Counted from the first letter of the stretch, positions 18,814-27,221 are shown. The stretch: DNA of 32,000 bases from Fenollaria sporofastidiosus (GCF_943169635.2 NZ_OW968186.1:942075-974074); one strand, 5' to 3'. The notes: generated by a model not told the origin, from the sequence alone. Numbers and translations are program-made.

Positions 18814-18848
18814 AAAGGACTTGAGGCAATTGCTTTAAGTCCTTTTTT
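18814..18848 (+). terminator. Rho-independent terminator after the DUF438 gene
   Basis: AAAGGACTT (18814-18822) pairs with AAGTCCTTT (18837-18845), followed by a T-run to 18848. Confidence 0.8.
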
Positions 18849-18870
18849 ACACATAATGTTTCTTTGATAA

Positions 18871-18899
18871 TTGATTTTTGCACCTGATTGTGGTAAAAT
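18871..18899 (+). promoter_or_regulatory. Sigma-A type promoter: TTGATT - 17 bp - TGgTAAAAT
   Basis: -35 TTGATT 18871-18876. -10 TAAAAT 18894-18899 with an upstream TG (extended -10). It lies 24 nt before ATG 18923. Confidence 0.6.
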
Positions 18900-18922
18900 G
18901 TATACATAATGGAGGGGATGAA

Positions 18923-19426
18923 ATGAGAAACAAATATGAAGATGCTATCAAACTTCTTGAAGACAATGGTATCAGATATGAATCAGTTAAGCATCCACCT
19001 GCATTTACTACTGAGGAGGCTGACAAGTATATCGAGGGTAAGATTGGCTGTAGAACTAAGACTATGTTTATGACTGATCAAAAGAAGAGACGCTTTTACA
19101 TGCTTGTTATGGATGACAAGGACAGACTCGATATGAAAGAGTTCGCTGAAATTGCAAACGAAAAGAGAGTGAAGATGGCGTCCGAGGAGACTCTATACGA
19201 AAAGCTTGGCAATGAAGCTGGATGTGTATCGCCCTTTGGTCTTCTTAATGACACAGAAAAAGAAGTTCAGTTCTACTTTGACAATGCTATATTAAAAGAA
19301 GAGATAATGACCTTCCACCCAAACATCAATACAGAAACATTATTTTTTAAAACTGAAGATTTATTTAAGATGCTTGAGACTATGGGCTACGAGGTTCATT
19401 TCGTTGACTTAAATAATGAAGAATAA
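18923..19426 (+). CDS. YbaK/ProX-type aminoacyl-tRNA deacylase domain protein (prolyl-tRNA synthetase-associated domain)
   Basis: About 167 aa from ATG 18923 (GGAGGGG RBS). The track's TTG 18878 start lies inside the promoter. The segment LLEDNGIRYESVKHPPAFTTEEADKY...KTMFM...GCVSPFGLLND...FHPN resembles YbaK/ProX editing domains. Confidence 0.7.
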   Translation: MRNKYEDAIKLLEDNGIRYESVKHPPAFTTEEADKYIEGKIGCRTKTMFMTDQKKRRFYMLVMDDKDRLDMKEFAEIANEKRVKMASEETLYEKLGNEAGCVSPFGLLNDTEKEVQFYFDNAILKEEIMTFHPNINTETLFFKTEDLFKMLETMGYEVHFVDLNNEE

Positions 19427-20054
19427 AATTTTTGCACTGGCGATTGTTTTATTGCTGGCGTTTCTAGCTTTTTCACGAGTAGAGACTACTGAAAAATGCA
19501 TAGTTATAGACGAGGAACTTGGCGAAATAGAGATGAGCTTGTCCAAGCCAATATTTGCGAGGTTTTATAATAAAGTTACTTTTACAAAAGATAATTTATC
19601 TAAAACAAAAACTTTTGATGGTAAGTACAAGCTCAATATATACAAGGTCGACTTAGGTAGGGTTAATGATGAGAACAAGTTTGACATCGCTTTTGGTGTT
19701 TACTCGATAGCTCCTTGGCACAGAACGCCATCGAAGCGAGTCTTCTTGTATAAGGTAGTGGGACTTGAGTTGAAGCCAAAGTTTCGCTGCTCGAGGCTAA
19801 TCAATCCAATGTATGATTTTATCTTGTATGATATCGATGGTGACGCATTTGATGAAATCGTATCTATTGAAAAATACAAAGGCGTTTACTCAATCGGCAT
19901 ATATAAGCAGTACGATATGCTCATAGAGCGAATCGCGACTAAAAAAATAAATTTTCGCCCAACAAAATTAATAAAGAGCGATAAATTATATATAGAGGGT
20001 ATAAATATAAAAAAGGAAATACAATTTTCAAAGGAGGGTATTGATTTAAAATGA
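19416..20054 (+). CDS. Hypothetical N-terminally anchored/secreted protein with FG-GAP/VCBS-like DxDGD motif
   Basis: 212 aa. Hydrophobic N-terminus MKNKIFALAIVLLLAFLAF. Motif YDIDGDAFDEIVSIE. The ATG overlaps the previous gene by 11 nt. Stop TGA 20052-20054 overlaps the next ATG (ATGA). I recognise no family. Confidence 0.6.
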   Translation: MKNKIFALAIVLLLAFLAFSRVETTEKCIVIDEELGEIEMSLSKPIFARFYNKVTFTKDNLSKTKTFDGKYKLNIYKVDLGRVNDENKFDIAFGVYSIAPWHRTPSKRVFLYKVVGLELKPKFRCSRLINPMYDFILYDIDGDAFDEIVSIEKYKGVYSIGIYKQYDMLIERIATKKINFRPTKLIKSDKLYIEGINIKKEIQFSKEGIDLK

Positions 20055-22246
20055 AAAAAAGATTATTAGCAATAATTTTAGTTTTGGTAATGAGCTTAAG
20101 TGCATGCGCTTTTCCATTTAACAAAACAGACAAAGATGAGGACAAAGAGAATAGTAAAGAGAATAGTAAAAATGAAAATATTGAAGCAGGTGAAGCAGAC
20201 TTAAATGCTTTGCTTGGCTACGATGCGGAAAAATTATTTAACACAGAGGAAGTAAAAGACTTTGAAGACATTGACATCGAAGCAAATGTTAAGCCATATG
20301 ATATCCCAAAGGATTCTAAAAATATTGGCGGTTTTGTTCAAGATGAATACACTCAAAAATATAATGCTAAAATGATGAAAAATCTTGAAGACAACGGATT
20401 TTTTATAGATTACGCAAAAATACAACAGCCATTTAGCATTTATGAAACTAATCAATACATGGGTAATAACAATTTTATCACTACCGACTCCATTGTTCAC
20501 CTATATCACATCATCTATCTTGGCATGATGGAGGATATGGAGCAAAACTCATTGAAGCAAAAGTTAATTGATTTATCTAAAAATTGTTTGGACAATGCTT
20601 TAAGTGATTACAAAGAAGCAAAGGGCGAAGAAAAAGAAATACTTATGAAAAACGCAGCATTATTCCTATGCGCAGTTGATTTGCTTGAAGCAAATTACGA
20701 TGGAGAAGTGCCAAGCGAAGTAAGGGAAATAGCTGATAAAGAGCTTGAAAATATTAAAACAGAAGGAACTGCTGTATCAAACATAACAGGTAAAGAAATT
20801 GATTACTCACAATTTAAGGTTCGTGGCAATTACAGTAAAAATGAAAACTTGAAAAAATATTTTAAAGTTAACATGCTTTATTCACAAGAGTTAATTCATT
20901 TAGAAAATCCTGATAAATCAATAAATCTAGAAGCAGTTAAGCAAGCTATGCTTATCTCAAGACATATGCTTAAGGACGAAGCTAGTTTTAAATTATGGAA
21001 AGACATATATAAACCAATTAGCTTTTTAGTTGAAAACACTGAAGATACTACCCCTATCGACATATACAAGAGCATAAGTAAAGTTACTAAAGATAATTCG
21101 GTAGAGGCAATACTTGAGAAAAATGTTGTAAATGCTGTTGCTGATGATATCGCTAATAAAGAAGATCCAAAGATTAAACCTGACTCAGGAAAAGTTTTTG
21201 CTTTCTTGCCACAAAGAGCGGTTGTTGACAATACTTGGTTACAAAACTTAGTTGATACTGATCCTCACAGCAAAAGACCGGTTGTTTCAGGTGTAGACCT
21301 TATGGCACTTCTTGGCAATAGTCTTGCTGAGAGACTTACTCTAACAAACGAAGACAATTTGAAGTGGGACAAGTTTAAAGAAAAATACGACGAAACAAAG
21401 GCGATAGTTGACGCAAGAACAGATAAAGAAGAAAAAGCAAATATTTACAGAACATGGCTTTGGGTTTTAAAAGCTTTTAATAACGAATATGGCGAAGGCT
21501 ATCCAGATTTTATGAGAAGCGAAAAGTGGCAGTATAAAGATTTAAATACAGCGCTTGCATCTTGGGCTCAATTAAAACACGATACAATTTTATATGCAAA
21601 ACAATTTGGCGCTGAGTGTGGCGGCGACGAACCGATGGACATGAGGCACTATGTTGAGCCAAATGTTAATCTATATAGAAGAGTTAAGTATTTAGTGGGC
21701 TTAACTATGGATGCGGATGAAAAATATTCTTTATTAAATGATGAGCAAAAAGCAAGATTAAAAGATTTTGCTGATATGCTTGAATTTTTAATCAAGGTTA
21801 GTATAGAAGAGCTAAAGGACGAAACTACTAGCGATGAAGATAATGAAAGACTTAAATTAATCGGCGGAGAGATGGAAAATATCTTTATAGCGTTTAACAA
21901 AGATGAAAGCGGTGGAGAATTTGAAATTCCTCCAGTTGATAGAGACACAGCCAATGTTGCTGACTTACAAAAAATTGGACCGAATGTGGTTGACAAACCA
22001 GAAGGTTCATTCTTAGAAGTGGGTTCTGGAAGATTCTCGACTATATATGTAGTTTATAGACTTAATGGCAAGTATTATCTAGGCAGCGGCTCTGTAATGA
22101 ATTACTATGAGTTCTATTCTGAAAAGAGACTTGATAACAACGAGTTTAAAGAAATGCTTCCAATTTACAATGAAGGCGAAAAAGATAAGATAGAGCCATT
22201 CTTTAAGAAAGAATTATTTACAAACAAAGTAGAAAGTTTATATTAA
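20051..22246 (+). CDS. Large lipoprotein, DUF3160-like
   Basis: 731 aa. Canonical lipobox signal MKKRLLAIILVLVMSLSAC. Low-complexity KDEDKENSKENSKNEN linker. Long conserved-looking body (FITTDSIVHLYHIIY..., WAQLKHDTILYAKQ...). The DUF3160 label is from recall only. Confidence 0.6.
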   Translation: MKKRLLAIILVLVMSLSACAFPFNKTDKDEDKENSKENSKNENIEAGEADLNALLGYDAEKLFNTEEVKDFEDIDIEANVKPYDIPKDSKNIGGFVQDEYTQKYNAKMMKNLEDNGFFIDYAKIQQPFSIYETNQYMGNNNFITTDSIVHLYHIIYLGMMEDMEQNSLKQKLIDLSKNCLDNALSDYKEAKGEEKEILMKNAALFLCAVDLLEANYDGEVPSEVREIADKELENIKTEGTAVSNITGKEIDYSQFKVRGNYSKNENLKKYFKVNMLYSQELIHLENPDKSINLEAVKQAMLISRHMLKDEASFKLWKDIYKPISFLVENTEDTTPIDIYKSISKVTKDNSVEAILEKNVVNAVADDIANKEDPKIKPDSGKVFAFLPQRAVVDNTWLQNLVDTDPHSKRPVVSGVDLMALLGNSLAERLTLTNEDNLKWDKFKEKYDETKAIVDARTDKEEKANIYRTWLWVLKAFNNEYGEGYPDFMRSEKWQYKDLNTALASWAQLKHDTILYAKQFGAECGGDEPMDMRHYVEPNVNLYRRVKYLVGLTMDADEKYSLLNDEQKARLKDFADMLEFLIKVSIEELKDETTSDEDNERLKLIGGEMENIFIAFNKDESGGEFEIPPVDRDTANVADLQKIGPNVVDKPEGSFLEVGSGRFSTIYVVYRLNGKYYLGSGSVMNYYEFYSEKRLDNNEFKEMLPIYNEGEKDKIEPFFKKELFTNKVESLY
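20144..20167 (+). repeat. 12-bp coding tandem repeat x2 (aaagagaatagt) in the lipoprotein linker
   Basis: Read directly. It encodes KENS-KENS. Confidence 0.9.
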
Positions 22247-22263
22247 TATAAAGGGAGAAATTT

Positions 22264-22713
22264 ATGAAATACATCAAAGACGGCACATCATATATAGTAA
22301 GGATCGACAGAGGTGAAGAAGTGCTTGATAAGCTTAATGAGTTTGTCAAGGAGACTGATATAAAGGCAGCAAGCATAACAGGTATAGGCGCTTGTTCAGA
22401 AGTAGAGCTAGGTGTTTATAGCGTAAAAAAGAGAAAGTATAGCAAATACAAATACGAAGGTGAATTTGAAATTCTTTCTTTAAATGGCAATATCACTAGA
22501 GATGGCGATGAGCCATATATACACCTTCACATCATGATTTCAGACGGCATGGTGCTAGCAGGCGGCTTAACTTTCGGCATGGGCATCACTGTTGGCGGTC
22601 ACCTTAATAAGTGCATAATAAGCGGCACATGTGAGCTACGCATAGATGAGTGCGAAAACGCTTATCAAAGAAAAATTGATGATGAGACAGGAATTAAGAT
22701 CTTAGACATCTAG
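22264..22713 (+). CDS. PPC-domain (DUF296) DNA-binding-like protein
   Basis: 149 aa. The segment YIVRIDRGEEVLDKLNEFVKETDIKAASITGIGACSEVELGVY...EILSLNGNIT...EPYIHLHIMISD...GGHL matches the PPC/DUF296 layout. AGGGAG RBS, 17 nt after the upstream stop. Confidence 0.7.
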   Translation: MKYIKDGTSYIVRIDRGEEVLDKLNEFVKETDIKAASITGIGACSEVELGVYSVKKRKYSKYKYEGEFEILSLNGNITRDGDEPYIHLHIMISDGMVLAGGLTFGMGITVGGHLNKCIISGTCELRIDECENAYQRKIDDETGIKILDI

Positions 22714-22732
22714 TTAATAAAATTTATAAGAG

Positions 22733-22761
22733 CAAGTCCATATACATGGGCTTGTTTTTTT
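22733..22761 (+). terminator. Rho-independent terminator ending the ProX-to-PPC unit
   Basis: CAAGTCCAT (22733-22741) pairs with ATGGGCTTG (22746-22754), including one G-U pair. A 7-T run follows. Confidence 0.8.
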
Positions 22762-22804
22762 CTTGATAAATGTTTCGCTTTTCTAAATAAAAAGTGGCTA
22801 CTCC

Positions 22805-22833
22805 TTGTATGAGTTTTAAATATGTGTTATAAT
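22805..22833 (+). promoter_or_regulatory. Sigma-A type promoter: TTGTAT - 17 bp - TGtTATAAT upstream of the MATE gene
   Basis: -35 at 22805-22810. -10 TATAAT at 22828-22833 with an upstream TG. Confidence 0.55.
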
Positions 22834-22879
22834 AATTTAAGTTGTTTTTTATAGATATATGAGATATGGAAGTGATTAA

Positions 22880-24220
22880 TTGATAGATAATGAATTTTTG
22901 AAAAGAGTTTTTAAAGTAGCGTGGCCATCGGTACTTGAGAGTGTCTTCATAGCACTAGCAGGCATAATTGACACCTACATGGTATCGAGCTTAGGTACAT
23001 ATGCAATATCAGCAGTAGGCTTAACAACGCAGCCAAAGTTTATAGGCCTTGCGATATTCTTCTCGATAAGTATAGCTGTCTCGGCGCTCGTTGCGAGGAG
23101 AAAGGGCGAAGAGGATAGACGCTCGGCGAACGAAGTCTTAGTTACAGCCTTTGTCGTTGCACTTATTTTTTGCCTAGCAATAACAACGGTAATGGTATCA
23201 CTCTCAGACCCAATACTAAAGCTTGCAGGTAGTAAGACAGATACACATAACTACGCGATAGAGTACTTTAACATCATCATGGGCTTTAGCGTGTTTAATG
23301 TTATAAGCATAGTTATCAATGCGGCACAAAGAGGTAGCGGCAACACGAAGATTGCCTTCACAACAAATTTAGTCTCAAGCATTGTTAATATTACTTTTAA
23401 CTATATACTTATCAATGGTAAGCTTGGTTTTCCAGCTATGGGTGTAAGAGGTGCAGCGATAGCGACCATCTTAGGCACTTTCGTTGCAAGCATAATGAGT
23501 ATTAGATCCTTATTCAAGAAGGACTCATATGTAAGCTTGCCATTTATAATAATTAATAAAATAAAACCAGCCTTCGATGCTTTTATCAAGATAATGAAGC
23601 TCGGACTAAATATGTTTGCAGAGAACCTTGCGATGAGAGTGGGCTTCCTGTCAACAGCACTTATGGCAGCGTCACTTGGTACAGATCAGTTTGCGGCACA
23701 TAACGTAGGCATGAACGTACTAAGTATAGGCTTTGCCTTTGCAGATGGTATGCAGGTTGCTGCAGTTGCATTATCGGGCGAGGCACTTGGCGCGAAGAAG
23801 TATGACGACGCGGTTATATATGGCAAGACTTGTCAAAAGGTCGGCTTCGTTATATCACTTGCTCTGTCAGCAATATTGTTATTATTCGGTAAATACATCT
23901 TCGGCGCCTTCTTCCAAGACGAAACAGTTATTAACTACGGCATCATGATAGGACGCTTCATAACAGTCATCGTTATATGTCAGATATCACAGATCATATA
24001 TGGAGGCTGCTTAAGAGCGGCGGGCGATGTTAAGTATACACTCATCGCTTCAATCATAAGCGTAAGTATTATTCGTAGTGTGATGACATATGTGCTTGTA
24101 AACATATTCCACTTAGGACTAATGGGTATATGGCTTGGTGTATTATCAGATCAATTCTCAAGATTAGTCTTTATGAGCACAAGGTTTAGGCAAGGTAAGT
24201 GGGTTGAAAAGAAGATATAA
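22880..24220 (+). CDS. MATE-family efflux transporter
   Basis: 446 aa, 12-TM-like. The N-terminal WPSVLESVFIALAGIIDTYMVSSLG is typical of MATE. The start is TTG 22880 or ATG 22889. Confidence 0.85.
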   Translation: MIDNEFLKRVFKVAWPSVLESVFIALAGIIDTYMVSSLGTYAISAVGLTTQPKFIGLAIFFSISIAVSALVARRKGEEDRRSANEVLVTAFVVALIFCLAITTVMVSLSDPILKLAGSKTDTHNYAIEYFNIIMGFSVFNVISIVINAAQRGSGNTKIAFTTNLVSSIVNITFNYILINGKLGFPAMGVRGAAIATILGTFVASIMSIRSLFKKDSYVSLPFIIINKIKPAFDAFIKIMKLGLNMFAENLAMRVGFLSTALMAASLGTDQFAAHNVGMNVLSIGFAFADGMQVAAVALSGEALGAKKYDDAVIYGKTCQKVGFVISLALSAILLLFGKYIFGAFFQDETVINYGIMIGRFITVIVICQISQIIYGGCLRAAGDVKYTLIASIISVSIIRSVMTYVLVNIFHLGLMGIWLGVLSDQFSRLVFMSTRFRQGKWVEKKI

Positions 24221-24236
24221 AATTTAACACGGAGAT

Positions 24237-24279
24237 AAAAAATGATGTAGATCAATTGACCTACATCATTATTTTTTTT
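24237..24279. terminator. Bidirectional terminator between MATE (+) and rubrerythrin (-)
   Basis: AATGATGTAG (24241-24250) pairs with CTACATCATT (24261-24270). It is flanked by an A-run upstream and an 8-T run downstream. Confidence 0.85.
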
Positions 24280-24291
24280 CTAAAGTAAATT

Positions 24292-24873
24292 TTAGTAATT
24301 CTCAACGAAGATTTCGAAGTGTGCTTGTGGGTGATCACATGCAGGGCACTTTTTAGGTGCTTCCTTACCTTCATATAGGTAACCACAGTTTAAGCACTTC
24401 CATATGTAAACGTCGCCTCTTTTAAATACCTTACCAGCTTCGATGTTCTCGATAAGCTTTTTGTATCTGTTGTAGTGAGCTTTTTCAACTTCACCTATGT
24501 GTGTAAAGACAGCGGCTATCTCATTAAAGCCTTCTTCTTTAGCAATTTTGGCAAACTCTGGATATACAGTTGTCCACTCTTCATTTTCGCCTTCTGCAGC
24601 AGCCTTTAAGTTAGCTAGTGTGTCTTGTAGTGCTACTGGATAAGTACCACATGCCTCGATCATCTCTCCATCAAGCTCATCCTTTAAGAACTTGTAGAAC
24701 CTCTTAGCATGTTGCTCTTCGTTTTGTGATGTTTCTAAGAAGATGTTTTGTATTTGCACATAACCATCTTTCTTTGCTTGCGATGCATAGTAGCCATATC
24801 TTATTGAAGCTTGTGATTCGTTTACGAATGACTTCATAAGATTTTCGCAAGTCTTAGTACCTTTTAATTTCAT
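24292..24873 (-). CDS. rbr: Rubrerythrin
   Basis: From ATG 24873 (AAGGGGG RBS): MKLKGTKTCENLMKSFVNESQASIRYGYYA..EEQHAKRFYKFL (diiron four-helix domain). It has a C-terminal rubredoxin-like WKCLNCGY...CPACDHP. The track's longer 24292..25002 ORF runs into the promoter. Confidence 0.92.
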   Translation of the reverse strand: MKLKGTKTCENLMKSFVNESQASIRYGYYASQAKKDGYVQIQNIFLETSQNEEQHAKRFYKFLKDELDGEMIEACGTYPVALQDTLANLKAAAEGENEEWTTVYPEFAKIAKEEGFNEIAAVFTHIGEVEKAHYNRYKKLIENIEAGKVFKRGDVYIWKCLNCGYLYEGKEAPKKCPACDHPQAHFEIFVENY

Positions 24874-24903
24874 AAAATTACCCCCTTTTTTTATGATGTG
24901 TAC

Positions 24904-24932
24904 ATTATATATCAAATAAATTTTTTTGTAAA
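24904..24932 (-). promoter_or_regulatory. Candidate rubrerythrin promoter (minus strand TTTACA - 17 bp - TATAAT)
   Basis: Plus-strand tgtaaa at 24927-24932 and attata at 24904-24909. Spacer 17 bp. Confidence 0.5.
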
Positions 24933-24952
24933 GGAACTCAGTCATATATATC

Positions 24953-24974
24953 TTGCAAATATTATTGCAAATAT
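24953..24974. promoter_or_regulatory. Tandem direct repeat TTGCAAATAT-ta-TTGCAAATAT (candidate operator) in the rbr/yitT divergent region
   Basis: Read directly: 24953-24962 and 24965-24974. The TTGCAA core is itself palindromic. Confidence 0.4.
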
Positions 24975-24986
24975 CAATCAAAATGC

Positions 24987-25015
24987 TTGAAGACGCACTC
25001 ATATTGTGGTATAAT
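24987..25015 (+). promoter_or_regulatory. Sigma-A type promoter: TTGAAG - 17 bp - TGgTATAAT upstream of the YitT-family gene
   Basis: -35 at 24987-24992. -10 at 25010-25015 with an upstream TG. Confidence 0.55.
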
Positions 25016-25070
25016 TGATGTCACGTTCAAAAGAATATTATTAAATTTATTTATAGAAAAGGGGTAAACT

Positions 25071-25964
25071 ATGAACATAATTAATGAAGAAAAAAATTTA
25101 AAGAGGGATAAGATACAGCACAAGTACACAGTGAAAGAGGTAGTGCTTATCATCATCGGTATACTACTTGTTGCGTCGGCGATACATTTCTTTCTAGTGC
25201 CGTCTAACCTAACATCAGGAGGCGCATCAGGGATAGCGATCGTACTTAGTCACTACATACCACTTGGCATTGGACCACTGTTTATCTTAGTCAACATAGT
25301 CTTATTCATCATGGGCTTCATCTTCATAGGCAAGGACTTCGGTACTAAAACAATCGTAGTTACACTTGTACTTTCAGGCCTTGTGTGGCTCTTTGAAATA
25401 ATATTTCCAAATCCAAAGCCGCTTTCAGATGACCTATTTCTAGTAATCACACTTGGTATGATCATACAAGGCATCGGTGTGGGCATGGTACTTAATCAGT
25501 ATACATCGACAGGTGGTACAGACATAGTTGCTAAGATATTGCAAAAGTTCTTGGGACTCGACCTAGGCATAGGCTGCCTAATGGCAGACCTAGTCGTATC
25601 ATTCTTCGCAGGATCCGCCTTTGGCATGAACATATTTTTATACTCAGTTATGGGCGTTATAATCAATGGAGCTGTTGTTAGCATCACCATCAGTGGCCTC
25701 AACACAAGTAAGCTTTGTTACATTAACACTAAAGAGGTAGAGCTTGTGTCTAAGTTTATTATAGAAGACCTTGATAGATCCGCAAACCTTATACCATACA
25801 AGGGCGCCTATACAAAGAATGATAACGTACTTATACAAACAGCAGTTTCAACACGCGAGTATATAAGACTTAAGGAGTTCGTAAACGATGCAGACCCAAC
25901 AGCCTTCGTTGTAACGAGCAGCGCAAACGAGATACTCGGAGAGAAGTGGAGAAGGTTTATCTAA
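25071..25964 (+). CDS. YitT-family membrane protein (C-terminal DUF2179 domain)
   Basis: 297 aa. The segment IIGILLVASAIHFFLVPSNLTSGGASGIAIVL and a second GGTDIVAKIL repeat are typical of YitT proteins. Soluble C-terminal domain. AAGGGG RBS. Confidence 0.8.
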   Translation: MNIINEEKNLKRDKIQHKYTVKEVVLIIIGILLVASAIHFFLVPSNLTSGGASGIAIVLSHYIPLGIGPLFILVNIVLFIMGFIFIGKDFGTKTIVVTLVLSGLVWLFEIIFPNPKPLSDDLFLVITLGMIIQGIGVGMVLNQYTSTGGTDIVAKILQKFLGLDLGIGCLMADLVVSFFAGSAFGMNIFLYSVMGVIINGAVVSITISGLNTSKLCYINTKEVELVSKFIIEDLDRSANLIPYKGAYTKNDNVLIQTAVSTREYIRLKEFVNDADPTAFVVTSSANEILGEKWRRFI

Positions 25965-25981
25965 GTTAATATTTTATATAG

Positions 25982-26010
25982 ACTGAGCTAGTGTTGGCTC
26001 AGTTTTTTTG
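25982..26010 (+). terminator. Rho-independent terminator after the YitT-family gene
   Basis: ACTGAGC (25982-25988) pairs with GCTCAGT (25997-26003), followed by a 7-T run. Confidence 0.8.
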
Positions 26011-26112
26011 TGATATAATTTTTGTGTTATAATATAGATAGACATAGTTTATATTAAGAGCTTTTTGTATTGATTATTCTTTAATGGCATGACTCTTAAT
26101 ATATGTTATAAT
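26011..26112 (+). promoter_or_regulatory. Three tandem extended -10 elements (TGaTATAAT 26011-26019; TGtTATAAT 26025-26033; TGtTATAAT 26104-26112)
   Basis: Read directly. None has a good -35. Which one, if any, drives the 26134 operon cannot be decided by eye. Confidence 0.35.
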
Positions 26113-26133
26113 ATAATGAGTGAGGAGATTGAT

Positions 26134-26658
26134 ATGCAAACGAAAGGATGTATTGAGAAGTATAAAATTGAATTTGAAGAAGAGATAAGGTCGCTGTTTT
26201 GGTCGGGCGATGGAAGGCTTAAGAAGAAGATATATGGCAAGGTCAAAGAGGATGCACTGCGTGAAATTGTAAGTGATGTCTTTGTATACGATGACGACTT
26301 AGTGAAGTCACTAAACCTAAGTGCATCTAAGATAAGTGTCTTCTTAGAGACTAAGTACAAGGCTGTTGACTTTAGAAGCTTCATCGCACCACTATCGAGG
26401 GTCTTGCTACCTGTTGGGGTGTCACTTGCGACATTTTTCCTAACAACGAAGTCTTTGAAGTACTTCGACGTGGAAAAGATATTTGGCGTTACACTAAAGA
26501 CTTTCTTTGCCTTTGCAATGAGTGCTATGGCTGTTGCTATGATTTTTAGTGTCTACTACACCAAGGCAAATGAGAAGAAGCTCTACGCTATATACATAAG
26601 AGATAGGCTTAACTTTGAAATCGAAAGACTACTCATAAAAGACAAGAAAGAGGTGTAA
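26134..26658 (+). CDS. Hypothetical protein: soluble N-terminal domain plus two C-terminal TM helices
   Basis: About 174 aa from ATG 26134 (GAGGAG 6 nt upstream). The track's 26089 start overlaps the -10 element. Hydrophobic stretches VLLPVGVSLATFFLTT and FFAFAMSAMAVAMIFSVYY. I recognise no family. Confidence 0.6.
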   Translation: MQTKGCIEKYKIEFEEEIRSLFWSGDGRLKKKIYGKVKEDALREIVSDVFVYDDDLVKSLNLSASKISVFLETKYKAVDFRSFIAPLSRVLLPVGVSLATFFLTTKSLKYFDVEKIFGVTLKTFFAFAMSAMAVAMIFSVYYTKANEKKLYAIYIRDRLNFEIERLLIKDKKEV

Positions 26659-26659
26659 G

Positions 26660-27220
26660 ATGGCACTATTCATAATTATATTCGCCGTATTAGTATCATT
26701 AATCAATGGCGGCAAGATAAATAATTTATTCAGAGTAAATTTAAGATATCTGTTCTTTTTATTGATAACAGTCATTATAAACATAGCAGTACTTGTATAT
26801 GTTACGAGGTTTAACTTCATTTACAGACGCGAGCTTATAATGATATATCCATATCTTAATATATTTACATTTTTTGTATTGATATTTTTTTCTATTGCAA
26901 ACAACAAGTACTTTGCCTTCAACATCATTGCCTTAGGTCTTGCTTTAAATTTAATTGCAATGATAAACTACTTAGGGCTTATGCCAGTAGTGAAGGACGC
27001 TTTAGTATATCTTGGCTCTGCTAATGAATTAGCTGTGTTAGAAAAGTCGATGTCGATGACGCACACGCTTGCTGTGAGTGGTAAGGCATTTAATGTTTTA
27101 GCGGACACAATACCTGTGTTCAAGTTTACAGGGCTTAGAACTGTACTAAGCATAGGCGATGTATTTTTGTCTTTAGGCTTATTTATGCTTGTAGAAGATG
27201 TGATGAAGAGGAGGCCCTAG
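26660..27220 (+). CDS. Small polytopic membrane protein, DUF5317-like
   Basis: 186 aa, 4-5 hydrophobic helices. The C-terminal segment LADTIPV...VLSIGDVFLSLGLFMLV resembles DUF5317 as I recall it. The start is 1 nt after the previous stop. Confidence 0.55.
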   Translation: MALFIIIFAVLVSLINGGKINNLFRVNLRYLFFLLITVIINIAVLVYVTRFNFIYRRELIMIYPYLNIFTFFVLIFFSIANNKYFAFNIIALGLALNLIAMINYLGLMPVVKDALVYLGSANELAVLEKSMSMTHTLAVSGKAFNVLADTIPVFKFTGLRTVLSIGDVFLSLGLFMLVEDVMKRRP

Positions 27221-27221
27221 T

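Noticed and set aside
24874-25002. 5' extensions proposed by the ORF track (rbr to 25002; 18878 for the ProX-like gene; 6692 for the loader; 29603 for the truncated URO-D-like gene; 26089 and 10154)
   Set aside because: In each case the extension runs through a recognisable promoter or -10 element, or overlaps the upstream gene out of context. An internal ATG/GTG with a proper Shine-Dalgarno gives the family-typical N-terminus.
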